64,000 bases of DNA. Origin: Basidiobolus meristosporus CBS 931.73. Its lineage: Eukaryota; Fungi; Basidiobolomycota. The notes beneath the pieces are model-generated. The model worked only from the letters and a program-made list of their open reading frames with translations. It did no database searches and was not told the origin of the DNA. Positions 46,765-61,299 of the stretch are shown one piece after another. Within the stretch, counting starts at the first letter, position 1. Every line of letters begins with the position of its first letter. Position numbers and translations under genes: made by a program. The stretch spans positions 1 to 64,000 of the forward strand of contig MCFE01000217.1 of assembly GCA_002104905.1 (NCBI GenBank), given 5' to 3'.

Positions 46765-49700
46765 TGTTGTAAGAGTCTTGGAGATATTGGAAGTGATTGG
46801 GGGGACAAGTAGATTATGTGGTTTTTGCTTATTGATTTATTGAATGAAAAAGTAGTATTTATACTTTTACCTGGTCTTGGCATTACCAGCACGTAGAATA
46901 GGTTAAGGAAGGTCCCAAGAGCATGTGTGCAAAGTTTGGGGCTGTTTGGACAACTTTGAAAATTTTCATGTTCTGGGTACCAGGTATTTTGGTGAAAATA
47001 TTCTAAGTAAATCCCAACAAGGAATTTTGGTCAGTTTTCTCTAGGATTTCAAGGTGAGGATCTAAGTGACTAAGTTAGGTGAATATTTAGGTGGAAATAC
47101 AAATTTTTACAACATACCCACTCAGCTAAATGTTCATACTGACTAGTTTTAATTTTGACCTAAGATATTCAAACTTGTCTCTAGCTAATAGTTTAGTAAA
47201 TATGTCTGCAATCATTTCATCTGTAGGACAGTAAACTAAGCTAACTAAGTTATTCTCTATAGCTTCACGTATGAAATGATGTCTAATATCTATGTGCTTG
47301 GTTCTAGCATGAAAAGTTGGATTTCTACCTAATTCTATACATCCTTGATTATCTTGAAAGCAAGTAATAGGCGTTTTTTGACATAGGCCTAAATCTGTAA
47401 ACAGCTTTCTTAACCACATTGCTTCTTTTGTAGCTTCACAGGCTACCATATACTCTGCCTCTGTGGTGGAAAGCGCTATGGTTGGTTGCTTTCTTGAATT
47501 CCATGAAATTGCTCCTTTACAGTAAAGAAAGGTGTATCCTGTGGTGGATCTTCTGTCTTCTAAATTTTGTCCCCAATCTGCATCAGAATATCCCACAAGA
47601 TCCTGTTCTGAATCCTTATAAGTGTATCTTAAGCAGATATCAGCAGTTCCTTTTAGGTATCTAAAAATCCGCTTAACTGCTGCAATATGATCAGATCCAT
47701 AGTTCTGATTATGTTGGCTGACAGCTCCCACTGAATATGAGATATCTAGACATGTTCCAAGCATAATATACATCAGACTGCCGACCATAGACTGATAAGG
47801 AAAGTCAGGGCTTTCAGATGGCACCAAGCTCTCTTGATTTGGTTGAGTTTTGACCAAGTTAAGGTTTGTCTCTATTGGGGTAGCTGCCAGTTTACAGTCT
47901 TCCATTTGGTACTTCTTTAGTATATCTTGAATATACTTGAATTGGCTTAGGGTGGTAGTCTGGGTACTTCTGTCTATGGAGAACTTAATCTACAAGTAGT
48001 AACCAAGCTCTCCTAGATTAGACCTCTTGAACTCTTTCGATAGGCTGGATTTAGTCTCTTCCAATTTTGCTAGGTTATTGGCAGCTATAATAAGATCATC
48101 CACATATAGAGCTAATAGAACTGGATTTTCTCTATCTGGCTTATAGTATATGCAATAGTCAGCATTACTCCTTTCAAAACTCAAAGATTCCAAATAAGAA
48201 TCTATCTTGCAATTCCAGGCTCTTGGTGATTGTTTGAGACCGTATAGTGACTTTTTCAGCTTGCAGTCCAAATGGGGGTTATCTTGGTCAACAAACTCAT
48301 CAGGCTGGTCCATATACATGTCCTCATCAAGCTCTCCATACAAAAATGCAGTTTTTACCTCCACTTGATGTATAAAAAACTTGTATTGGCTGCAATAGCC
48401 AATATCAATTGGATGAAACTAAACTTGACTACCAGTGCAAAGGTCTCGGTATAGTCAAGTCCTTTGGTTTGAGAGTATCCTTTGGCTACAAATCTTGCTT
48501 AGTATCTTTCAATTGTACCATCAGCCTTGTATTTTGTCTTGAAGACCCATATGCATCCAATTGATTTTTGGATGATTGGCAATTTGACTAAGTCCCAAGT
48601 TTGATTTTCCATCAGGGCCTGATATTCCTCAGTCATTGCAGATCTCCAAAACATTGTCTGAGGGCTATTTAGGGCCACTTTTACAGTCTGGGGCTCATAA
48701 ATATGGACTGAATAGGCATAGGCTAAGTTTGTACCCTCTTTGATGTAGTAATTTGGGCTATTTCTTGTCCAATTGAATCTCCGGGCATTTGATACTGGAA
48801 TGATCACTTCTGAGATATTTCTGGGCACTGATTCTGGCTGACCATGGTTGTAGAGTCCTCTGGAGTGAAAAATCTTTCATTGTTTTGCTCTGATTTAATC
48901 CTGACAATTGGTGGATTTGAGATCAAATTTTTGTCATCATCTTATGTCATTTTTTGTGAAAATTTTGAATTTTCATCAAACAACACATTCCTGGACTTGA
49001 TCAGCTTCTTTGTTTCAGTATTGTAGAGTCTGTATGCTTTACTCTCATTACAGTAGCCCAAAAATATGCATTTTATACATTTTGGCTCAAATTTTGACTG
49101 ATATCTGGCCAGTTTTTTGGCATATGCTGTACACCCAAATATTCATAGATGTTCTGCACTTGGTCTGTATCCATGCCATGCTTCAAATGGAGTAGAATCA
49201 TGAAGTATTCTGTTATAACTCCTATTTTTAAGGTGTACAGCAGTGGCAACTGATTCCACCCAAAAATTATAGGATAATTTTTGATCATGGATCATAGATC
49301 TTGCCATATCAATTATTGATCCGTTAGCTTGTTCTGCTACTCCATTTTGCTGTGGGGAGTATGGTACAGTAGTCTCTTGCTTTATCCCATGAATTTTGCA
49401 GAAGTGGATGAAGAGTTTTGAGGTATATTCTCTACCATTGTCAGAGTGAATTTCTTGATTTTTTCACCAGCTTCTCTCTCCACCATGGCTTTAAACTCCC
49501 TGAACCTAGACAGAGCTTCTTCCTTTCTCTCCATGAAGTAGACTCATGTGTATCTTGTATTATCATCAATAAAAGTAATTAAATACTTCATCCTGTCTAA
49601 GGATAAATTTTACATAGGTCCACATCAATCTGAGTGAATTAGATCTAATTTTTTCTTAGTTTTAATTAATCCAGAGCTCTTGAACGGTTGTCTGGCTTGT

Positions 49701-51443
49701 TTCCCATATATGCAGGCTTCACAGTGCTCCAAATTAGATGGGGGATCAATTTTCACTCCAGAAATTAGCTGATCTTTAATCATTTTACGCAAATAATCCA
49801 AGTTGATGTGTCCAAATCACCTGTGTCAAAGCATTGATGTTTCTTCATTTAAGTTACTTATATTGGCTTCCATATATGATGGAATATAAGTCAACTTGTA
49901 TAGATTATGATCTCTGATGCCCAAAGCAATATGGGCACCATTTTGATCAGTGATCCTGCATCCAGGATTGTCAAAACTGAGGCTGAGTCCTTCTGCTGTG
50001 GCCTTGCTTACAGAGAGTAGGTTCTTGGCTATTTCTGGTACATAGTGTACTTCTTTAAAGGTCAGTGTATGGCTTCCTTCACTGGTTCTAAGGTTTACTT
50101 GGACGGTTCCTTCTCCCACTGCATCAAGTGCTCTATTGTCAACCATGAAAACCTTCTTAATTGGAATTTCTTGATATTGGGTAAAAAGTTCTTTTTGGTG
50201 TGTAAAGTGTTGCAAAGCTCCAGAGTCAATACACCACATCTGAGAATCCTTGTTTGTGGTTATATTTAGTGCAGATATGAATAGTCTATCTTAAGTTGTT
50301 GCAGCATTTCCATATTCAGGCTTCTTTGCTGATTATCTTTCTTTTTGAGACACCGGTCTGATGTGTGTCCTTTCCTTTTGGAGTAGTTACACAACAGGTC
50401 ACTGTTGCATTTGTAGGATCTTGGGTACCTCCTTTGTTGGTTATCATTGCTTATTAAAGCATTTTCTTCTTCCTTCTTATTGGCGCTTGATTTTCTTAAT
50501 TCTTCATCCAGGAGCCTTCCATATACGTAATTTAAGGTCAAATCTTCAGTTCTGGACTCTAGGGCTGATTCAAGGCCCTGGAACCTGTCTGTCAGGCAAT
50601 TCAGGATGGTAACTATCACATCCTCATCAGTAGTTGGTACGCCCACAAATTTCATCTCATCTACCAGCAGGGTAATTCTGTTAATTAGATTTTTCATTTC
50701 TTCTCCTGGCAGCATCTTTGTAGCAAAGAATTTTTGTCTCAGATACATTTTCTTAGCAGCTGAACATGACTGCTAGGTGTCTTCTAATGCTTTCCAGGCA
50801 TTCTTTGCCGTTCTTACTCTTGAGCATTGAATTAGCAATTTGTCTTTAACATTAAGGCAAATGCAGTTGAAGACACTTAGTTCTTTCTTCTGGTACTTTA
50901 AGGCTTCCTCTCCCATGTTTTTAGGAGGCATTCTTCTCCCATGACAATATCCCAAAGGCCTCTTTCTTGTATCAGCATCTTCATCTTCACCTTCCATACT
51001 TGGTAGTTAAATCCATCCAACTGTTCAGCAGAGGGAAAGATTCCTGTAATAGCAGTAGTAGACATTGCAGAGAGTGACAGTGCAGGGCTCATAACCTGTT
51101 GTAAGAGTCATGGAGATATTGGAAGTGATTGGGAGGACAAGTAGATTATGCGGTTTGCACTTAATGATTTATTGAATGTAATAGTATTTAGGCTTTTACC
51201 TGGTCTTGGCATTACAAACATATAGAATAGGTTAAGTAAGGTCCCAAGAGGATGTGTGCAAAATTCTGGGCTGTTTGGACAACTTGGAGAATTTTCATGT
51301 TCTGGGTACCTGGTATTTTGGTGAAAATATTCTAAGTAAATCCCAACAAGGAATTTTGGTCAGTACTCTCTAGGATTTGAAGGTAATGATCTAAGTGACT
51401 AAGTTAGGTGAATATTTAGGTGGAAATACAAATATTTACAACA
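46765..51443 (-). mobile_element. Ty1/copia LTR retrotransposon, copy B (same family, decayed)
   Basis: LTRs 51097-51443 and 46765-47114 (about 92% identical by eye), PBS 51085-51096 and the same domain set as copy A. TSD aattc/atttc. Confidence 0.97.
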
Positions 51444-52479
51444 ATTTCAAGGTTGTCTCTCATTTGCAGGAGAATCCACTCAAATCAACACCCCGCATAT
51501 ATATACATCATCTGTAACACCAGTGCAGCTATTTGATCTGCTTTGCACCTAACCAATTGGTTGTGTTCTAGCTATGACAACAATACCATACCACCCTTGG
51601 CAAAACACTGCAAAAATACTGTTTTGCTTTTTAACTCTATTTGGTGGTAAAATTGGCCATATGTCATTGAGATCCTGTCAAAAGATTATGTACTGAGTCA
51701 TTGGTTCCAAGCTGCTGGTATTATTACAGTCTCCTGACAGGATCTTGATGGCTAATCTGGATTGGAAGCACCTACAGGACCTAATAGCTTTTCATAGAGA
51801 ATGCTCCTACAGATTTTATTCAAGGAGTTTGGGACAGGATTTGACCATCTATACAGTAAGTATAAAGCTGAGTAACATGTTCTCTGTTGCTACTGTATTT
51901 ATTCTTGCCTCCATCTTGCTTGTTGTGTTGAGAATATAGGACCTTATATCTCCTTTTGGGTGTATTCATTGAAGCAGATATGTATATGGACAGGAAGACA
52001 AGTCAGGTTGAGATGATTTTCACATCCCAATCCTCTCATAAATATTACCTTCACATCTGGTATGGATGTGAAGAGCTGGCACATAGAAGACAGCCAGGCA
52101 AAGTTGGAGGGTACTGAGCACTGATGTGCCTATTGAGACACTTATGCCTATGGCATTACAAAGCTAAGCAGCCCCAATGAGTGGGCAATCAGCTAAGTAG
52201 TGGCAAGTTGATTAGATGCAATAAGCAACTAGTTTTTAGCAGCACAACATTACCAAGTTATGCTGGTTTTCTTTTGAGTACAAGCTAATTTCTACATGTT
52301 TCAGTACAAAATTCACATAGACAAGAGCTAGAGTACACCTATGATGGGGACTAGAGTTCAGCAGGCAGAAGGGATGTATGGGCTAAGTACTAAAGGGTTC
52401 TATGCAGATATCAAAGAGGTCTTTGTTGTAAAGATAGTAGCAATCAAGCATAAGTTTGAAAAATATATGGGTTACAAGC

Positions 52480-52750
52480 AATAGAAGGCACATGGTAACT
52501 CTGCAAGTAGCACACAGAAAAGCTTTAAGTTGTGGTTCATAAGTGCTACAGTTGGAGTAGATGTGCATTTAGAAGAGTTTACCAAGCAGGAGGTAATAGT
52601 TTTTCTGGTTTGAGCTATATGTGAAATACCCATGCTAGTATTAGGTAAGCATATAATAAGGGGTGAATCTACAGTGGAACAAATATTGAGCCCTGTAGTG
52701 TAGTTGTGGTGCCACTCAGCAATAAATGTGGTCATTCCCATATTTTTTAC
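52480..52750 (+). mobile_element. CACTA-like C-terminal fragment
   Basis: Homologous to 13870-14030 (aagcaggagg...agctatatgtg...ctacagtggaa) and, inverted, to 54180-54340. Confidence 0.55.
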
Positions 52751-54049
52751 TTCCCTATTTTTCTACTACCCATATTATGACCAAATTCAACTTGTCTGGC
52801 CTGATTGGTATTGCCCCACAAGCCATCTGACTATTACACCTGCTTATTTATTGCATAAGCTATCACTCACAGCTTGTATAATTATTGGGTATAAGTATTT
52901 TCACGTTAGTCAAGTACCCAGAGTAATACTCATAACATAGGACCATAACAATGTCACTTTCCTTAATATTTCATCCCACACATGCCCCCCTATGGATTCA
53001 TGTCTCAAAAGACCCAGACCTTATTAATTAGGTGTGCTGTGCCTCTTAGAACCATCCAGCACCTACCTGGAACACTGTTTGATCACTCTGATGTTATTAG
53101 AATCTCTAATGATTATTTGATCCTTCTAGAATGCCATGATTAGTAACAACTTGGCTGGCTAGAAAGGTATATAAGTAAGACACTCCCTCCACAAAAAACA
53201 TCATCCTTTAATTGGTATTCCAACTTTTTGATTTGGGTGATCACTGCAAGCTGCTGCTACCTAAGCTCCAATACCAGCCCCCAGGACACTCTCAGGAAAC
53301 TGCACTGACAGGCAACTGCCTTTGGAGGCACTACCTGTGAGGAATACTCCAGATAGGTATCATTTACTATATTTAATTCTTTCCCAAGTTTGCTCTTGCA
53401 CAGGCAAAGATGCTCTTCTGTTGTTTTATCTATTGACCACAGCTGCATTCTTGTCAAGTCCCTGCTGGTGAAGTTTATAGTTGCTGACTGTGGAAGCTTT
53501 ACTAAATTGTCATCACAAAGGATACCTAACCCAGCATATACTTTTATAAGGCACTAACTAAGTTTAGAATTGTAGCACAATGGCTCTTCCTTGACAAGCT
53601 TGTGGCTTGATTCCCCTTCACATTAGAGTAGAGCTGAGCACATACTTTTGTTTTACTGCTGAGTGGGGGACTGTAGCTCAATAGTTTCCCTGACAACAAT
53701 CAAGCTTTATTCTCCATCAAGTATTTCTTCATGTAGAGCAACTGCATATCTCTATGAAAGGAAATCTAGTACTGTTGGTGGATCTGGTCCAGATCAGCCA
53801 TCAGAATCCCGCAATGAGTCTGTCATAATGCTTGTGGCTTGAAATTATTGACACTACCTATGATCTAATAATGTAATGGTGACTACACAATCTTAGAATG
53901 GGATCACAGCAGCGTTTGGCAAATTTTGCTGCCACATAAAGTTAAAGGACATAATGGTTTTTGAATGGAGTTTTGCCAAGGGTGATGTTGCATTAGTGCA
54001 ACTATACAAGTGGATTTAATCTGGCTGTATATCCAATTGCCTTACATGG

Positions 54050-56350
54050 CAAAAAACTCAACAGTGTTGTGACAGCCTCCTTGCAAGCCTCTGATGGCAT
54101 TATAATAGCAGTATGGTGAACTACAGCTAGTTCTCTATAGTGCTACTGTACCAGTTTACTCAATGGTATTTCCTTTTTCTACCTCCCCTTGCACAAATGA
54201 TATATTCCACTGTAGAATCACACCTCTGCATTTGCTTACTAACTACTACCTTGGGTATTTCACATAAAGTCCAAGTCAAACCATACTATAGCCTCCTGCT
54301 TACTACCCTTTACAAATGTGCACACCTTCACAATTGACATACTTCTACCACCTCATCCTTATGGCTTTAATTTTGTTTTTGTGATACTTCCAATGTTGTC
54401 ATATACCTTGTGTTGCTGGTAACATATATATTTTGTCAGCATATGCTTAATTGCCACCAAATTGGCCATGAATACTTCATTGATATCCGCAAAGAACTTC
54501 TTGGTATTTAGCCAATATATTCCATCTCCCTGCTGGATTCTAGCACCCCTCATAGGTGTACTCTGGCTCATGCTTGCATGGATTCCATATTGAATGGTGG
54601 GGAAACTGGCTTGTGACCAAGAGATACGCAGTATACTTTGATAAGATTGTCCTATTGAAAATTACTTGCTTGTTGGGCCAAGCCCAACTTTGCATTATTG
54701 AACTAATTACCCATGTATTGGAGCTATTTGGCATTTTAATGCAAGAGATAGATGTCTCCATATGCACACTTGCTTTCAGTATTTTCCAACTCTCCCTGAC
54801 TGTCCTCTATGTGGCCACTAATCACATCCAGGACACACCAGAAGGCAATATTCTTGATGAAAATGGGATATGGTAGTACCTGCAACTTATCTTCTCTTCC
54901 TATCTCCCTACACATCCACTTTATAGGAAACACCCAAAAGGTGAAGCAAGGCCCAATGTTCTCCACAAACTACGCAAGATGAAGCAGAGAATGCATATGG
55001 TAATGGCAGATATCAACAAGCACAGCTTTAAGTTTATAGCATAACCTTCAAACTTTATCACAAACTTCTTGCATAAAAGTTGTAGATGCATTAATATGGT
55101 ATTGGTTTTATACCTCCGGATATATTTTCCTACTATACCAACACATGACTCCCAATGCTTCCAATATGCTCCTGATATAAATGGCATCAGAAGGTGACTT
55201 GAGGTAATACATATCCATGTCATCCAGTCCTAGCACTTGTATTTCTGCATATGAATATGGATCTTGATTGGAGCCTGTGCAAAATACTTTTGGCAGCAGA
55301 TACTTTGTATATCTTGCCAACTCTTTCAAATTTTGCAAGTTTCTCAAAGGGCTCATTTAGCTTGATATGCCTCATGCACAACTTGATCATTAGCATGGGG
55401 ATATTGTGAAAAGCAAATGCATTGCTCCCAGTGTAAAGCCTTTCCTCCAACAGATACTCTGTATCTTGCATGTCTCTGGCATGCAAATAGTTCCATGTTT
55501 TACCCAATGGCCTATGGCTAGCCAACATTGCTGCAGTTGCATACCAACTCCAGTATTTTCTCTCTGTGGAAAGATGATGCTTTTGTGTTGCTGTTTGGAT
55601 AATAATTATGTGTGTAAGTAATGGAGTAAATCCCCTGGATCTCACAAATTTGACAGCAAAACCATTCATTGTGCCCAGAAGAGCCAGTCACCTTGTTGAT
55701 GGATGGAGAATTGCCAATGCAGATGACAATATGTGCTTTGACTTAATGATGCCATGCAAGTCATTCAAAAGGATTGTTAGTATACCATTCTGTGGATACT
55801 TTGCTAGCAGTTGGGTCAGCAAAACAATGTTGTATTCCTGCCATAAGACCACAATGAAGGTCAAAGATGCTAGACTAGGACTATTCCTAAAGCCTTATTT
55901 TGGGACCCTGATGTTTGAATTGGATTAAATCCACCCACAAGCGCAAATAATTTCCTGTAGGCTGGCATCCTTCAAAGTAGTAAGACAAAGTCAATTTCTT
56001 GGTAACACAACTTGCTAACATATTGGGAATGATATCAATTCCTTTAGTTTCTTCCTAAAGTATGGATGCTCCAGTACCTAAAGTACAAAAACCCTAGCCT
56101 GCCCAGCAAACATACTCCTGTACTCACAATAGTAAGCCCCTGCTGCTGACTGCTATAGTATTAGCCCAGCTCCACCTTACTGAGAATATCTCAACAACCC
56201 AACAGAACCATGAGCTGCACTTAATATTGCACTGCTTGGCATGCCTCAGCACAAGTTTTTTATTACAGTCCAGACATACCATGCACCACTGGTATATTAT
56301 AGCACTAATTGACAACCATAGCTTGATGTGGCACCTTCATTTGAACCACC
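54050..56350 (-). pseudogene. CACTA-like tnp2 transposase relic B
   Basis: IGNSPSINKVTGSSGHNEWFCCQICE (~55635-55730). Colinear with relic A across 12700-14170. Confidence 0.75.
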
Positions 56351-56449
56351 TTAAAATCTACCTGGTGTCTATTAAAAGTAAGCAATAATATGTTGGCATT
56401 GCAGCAATACACCTTCATAAGCATATGATTGGAATAGCCAGGAACTTAC

Positions 56450-58560
56450 TGCTAGTGCATACAGCAACCAATCAGGGGCTGAAACTCAATGACAAGGCAA
56501 ATTCTGATAGTGTGCCACCTGAGATCAAAGGTTCATGTTCAAAAACATTTGAGTATTTCAATACCATGGCAGATACAGAAGCTGGGTGTAAGTTCTAGGT
56601 ACTTCAACTCAACCATGGCAAGGGAGACTGCTCAAAAAGCTTGCAAGGTACTGCTCAACTACTGGTTTACTGCAAGATACAACTGTTGTACACTCTTTGC
56701 AGCAAAATGCAATAAAGTCTGTGCAAACAGGACAATTGCAGAGATGGGAAGATCTGTTCAACATTACCAGGTCATGCACATATGGTTTGAGCTAAATATT
56801 TTGCCTGCACAGTGTACATCCAAAGCAGATGCCAAGCATCAGCACTATAAAACCTATACTCTATGAGGCATATGAAGCTGAAAAACCAGACCTCCACCAT
56901 CTCTTGATCTTTGGTAGTGATGTTTTCTAACATATCCCAGTAAAAGATACTTGAAGTTGATGCCAAAGAGTAAAAAAAATTTTCTTGGGCAGCAAGAGAA
57001 TACTGGGCAAAATAAACATGCAATGCAAGCATCTGAAGCTGATCAAATGTAGAGGCCACATTTTTGATGAAAAATAAAGTTTCAGAGATATTTAAAATCT
57101 GGGCCTGCTGCATAATACACCAATGAAGAGACGTTATAGAATGAAGAATGCCTTTGTACCTTGGTGACAGACACCTAAGGGCATAAAGCGGCTTAAATTT
57201 CCTTATGTTTGAAACCTCAGAATCTGGAAGGGGGAATGAAAAGTCCATAGGCTACTTGTGTGTGGCAAAAAGACATGCACAAGGAGCACCAATCACTACT
57301 CAAGGCACAAATTGGGAGCAGGTAGATTTACCAAATGAGAGAAAGGCAATAAGATGTAGATGGGTCAGCAAGCTTGAGATCATGTACATAGTCTAAATCT
57401 ATTCCAAATAGAAGCCAAAACAACCTTCCCACATAAGAATATGCAGTAGACTATCTACACAGAGCATTCAGAATGTCTACCAACACCAAAGATCTCAAAA
57501 GTATATAGGATTGGAAAATTGCTTTTTGTGCTTAAGCAGGCACAAAGAGTATTTTGCAATAAGATTACCACATATATAGAGGTGAGCAGACTCACTTGTG
57601 GCACTGCTGATCATAGTTTATATTGTTAAGCTAGATTACTCAAGCAAGTTTGAGGTCAAAAACTGTTGAAAATTGAGCTATCTCTGAAGATAAGAGCATA
57701 TATAACATATTTATGTGGACATTTTTCTTAGTCAGTCCAGGTGCATCAGAGATATTTTGGTATGCTTCTTGATTGAAAATTTTAATCTTGCAGTAACACT
57801 CATGGATATTGATCTCCAGTTGAGTATCTTGCAGCCAATATTGGCTAAAAATTGAGCAGATTTGACTCCAAAATTAATCTATCAGTTACTGGTTTGCAGC
57901 CTTATATAATTGACAGGGGCAACAGGTCCATATATTGTAGTAGAAGTGAGGATAGTCAGGCAATCCATGCCAAATTAAGAATATGACTAAGTTTCAATAG
58001 CTAATCAAATTTAACCTACCCAAAAGGCATCAGGATTATGATATTGAAATACAGTAGAGCAGCTGATTTACCAAAGTACAATGGTTACAATGATTTGGAT
58101 TAGGGCTGAGTTCTCAATGTCAAGAGTTCTACCACTGGGTACTTCTTTTTTCTGTACTAATATAGCCCTCACTGGGAATTGTAAACAATAACTACTTGTG
58201 GCACTCCCAGAAGCTAAAGCAGGGCATGCTGCCCATTGACAAGCAGCCAAGGAGCTTATAAGCTCACAAATGGTATTCCAAAGCTTGTGCTTCAATTCAG
58301 CTGAGCCAAATAAGACTTTGGTTTTAGCTTGGTAAATATAACTTACTGCCCAAGAGACAAAATAGTTGCAGAAATGCTGGCAAGATAATTAGCCAAGCGA
58401 CAGTTTCAAAAACTTAAGGAGATACTGGTATTGTGATATTATTTAGCAGAGGGGAAATATCATATACTAGACTGTTTGGTATTATTCAGTAACTACAAGC
58501 TTAGTTAACAACTCTGGACAAGCCTTAGTCACCACAGGGAGGATTTATGGCTCTAATGAG
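56450..58560 (+). mobile_element. old copia relic of a different family (integrase-RT-RNase H)
   Basis: ANRTIAEMGRS (~56725), WEQVDLPNERKAIRCRWV (~57310-57365), then SSTTGYFF and LLVALPEAKAGHAA..QAAKEL (~58115-58260), in copia order. Confidence 0.6.
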
Positions 58561-59499
58561 CCGCAAAGCTTTGCAATTCCAACAAGCTTATGTTTCCCTG
58601 TGTACATCCATGCTTATTGTACCAAACACTTTCTAGTCATCCTCTGTACATCTGCAAATAATATCAATGAAGTATCTGGAGGTGACAGTCTTGAATAGGC
58701 TAGGATGTGGTGGCATCTGTAACATGACATTTTCACCCATATTCTCACACACTTGCTGAAGTATAAAACTCCCCAGCAGTGAAATATAGTATAACCTACC
58801 CTATATGACCAGCAGGAAACAAAGAACAAAGGACAAGGTAGCAGCAGATATTCATACCTTCTTCATTATGCCAGGGCCATTGCTCAGTAGATTTCATCAT
58901 AAGCTTCTTAAGCTAAAGCTTTAGAAGAGCTCAATCAGCAATGGCAATCTACATCTTTATAGGCTTTCCTACAATGTTAATGTATGACTGCTTATGCTCT
59001 TCATGTGGCCAAGGAAGCTACTGTTGTTGAAATATTGGGCTTTCAATATCACTCAGTAGCTAAAGGTCTTTCCAAATGACACTAGATTACTTTTAGTCAC
59101 TGTAGGACTCATTTATAGCCCTAAGTTCTCTGCTTTCTTACAGGTCTGTGATCCTGTGACTCTTCCCCTATAGTCCACACCAAATTAGCCTTTTACCAAG
59201 CTATCTATATTAACTCCAAAGCTGTGGCAGCATACTCCTAAAAACTGAAAAATCCCCCAACTTGATGTAGCAGTTGTGTTGCTTTTATAAATAAATTAAT
59301 ACTAAACTTCTTTATGAAAAATATCAGCACAACAGTATCATTACATTCTGATATGTTTCTTATATTTAAGATAGCTCTTAACTTGAAAAAGGCTATGAAC
59401 TCAACTTGCCTAATCCATTCTGAAAATGACATCTACCAGCAAGCAGAGCCACACAGGCATCTTTCCTGTTGAATAGAGCTCTGATAGGATGTACTACAG

Positions 59500-60620
59500 A
59501 CTCTGGAGAATCAAGACACAGATACACCTTGAGGAAAGAAAGCTTTGAAATAAAGTAACAAAAAAGTAAGTGAACCCAATGGAACTGCCAAAGAAGTAGA
59601 GAAGTCCCAACAGAAGGACTCAAACACCTTCCATGTGATTTGTATCTCAGTGCAAGATTCCTTCATTGAGCAAAGCAATTCTTCTGATACTGCTAAAACA
59701 GCCTGGGAATCCTTAGAGAAGACCTTTTGAGCAAAGTTAGTATCAAGCTGCTATGAGCTACCATTTGAGTGTTTAGGTTAGATTGGCTTTTTGTCAAATC
59801 AATCAGTTTAACATTTAGTGTATCAGTATATCAGTGATTTGTATCAAATTATAAGGTCTTTAGTAGCTGAAAGTAGATATATTGAGTACCATCCAATCAA
59901 GGGATGATGCAATTTAATTAATTATCAGCCACAACATATATCCAGGAATACAATTAGTCAGAACTTAATCTGTCAAAATGTATATAACAAGCAGTTGGAA
60001 CCTCAAAAAAAATCAGCTCCCATTCTAATGCATACAAAAGTAGCTGAACACCCTATTCCTAGAATATAAATCTATGCCAAATAGACCTCAATCAGCCCTT
60101 ATAAATTTGGATTGGCAACAATCTAAAACTTTGGAGCAACAAAAAGGTTTTACTAATCCAAAACAGAACATTATTGTATGGGCATAAACAGGTACTTAGA
60201 GAAGGGTATGCCAAGAATGGTACCTATGTGGTGAGATTGGGTCCACTTGTACCACAGTAGAACACAGTAAATATGTGAAACAGCTTAAGAAGAGAGTGAC
60301 CATTCTAGCTCCTCATACAGTCAGTGTAATACAAACTATAAAAGACAAAAAGGTAATTACACAGACCACATCAGCTCTTTTCACTAAGTCTTGGATGTGA
60401 GATTTTGGAATATTGTATTATTTTGTTGAAGTTATATCAAATATAGCATATTTACACATTGAACTTTGCTACAGCTTTCTACATGCATCAGAAATAGACT
60501 TCCAATAGGCAAGTCAGTTGCAGATATGCTAGCCAGACCTTTGGCTAGGTCACTGTTCAGGAATTGCAGTGAGTGTTTTCAATGAATAATTTTTGTACAT
60601 GGAGGTGAGTGTGGAGATTT
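59500..60620 (+). mobile_element. heavily deleted copia-like relic
   Basis: TAKTAWESLEKTF (gag-like, ~59690), QVADMLARPLAR (RNase H end, ~60510-60550) and a purine tract ggaggtgag followed by tgt. Weak overall. Confidence 0.4.
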
Positions 60621-61299
60621 TGGACTATTGAGTTTCATTCATCACCTAAAATCCTACCTACCATTGTTGCAATAGTGTTAGTGACTTTTCAGCTCATTGA
60701 CAGCCCTAATTTTGCCATTTTCTTGTAGATCTAGGATCCTATTTGGGTTCTCCAATGGTCAACATCAAATTAGCACTTTTACCAAGTGCTATGTATTAGC
60801 CCTGACACTGTTTTGGAGATCTAATGAATGCTGGAAGACTCTCCTAACCCATTCTTACATCTGTATTTTTTACAAGTCTTGATATAAGTGTTATAGAGGA
60901 ATAGGGAGCTTAGCTAGTATTATATTCACTAAAATTTAACTCATCTTTAACAAGGCTCCTGCAGCTACTCATATACATTTTGCCGGATCATTTGTAACCT
61001 AATTATTATTACCAATGTAAGCTGTGGCTGATTACTCAATTCATTAGTTGATCATCACCCAATTAAAGCCAACTTAACATATCTTTGTCCATCTGGTAAG
61101 GATTTGCTGATTGGACTGCTTACTAACACTACTAATTTGATAGATAATACTGATATACTGATATGTTTAACACAAAGCTAATTGAAATGACTTAATATTG
61201 CTCAAACTAAGACATTCAAGTATCAGATCATAACATTTTCCCAACTAAATCAGAGAGGGCTCTGCTGAATTTCTTTTCTTGTGTTTCAGTCTCTTGATG

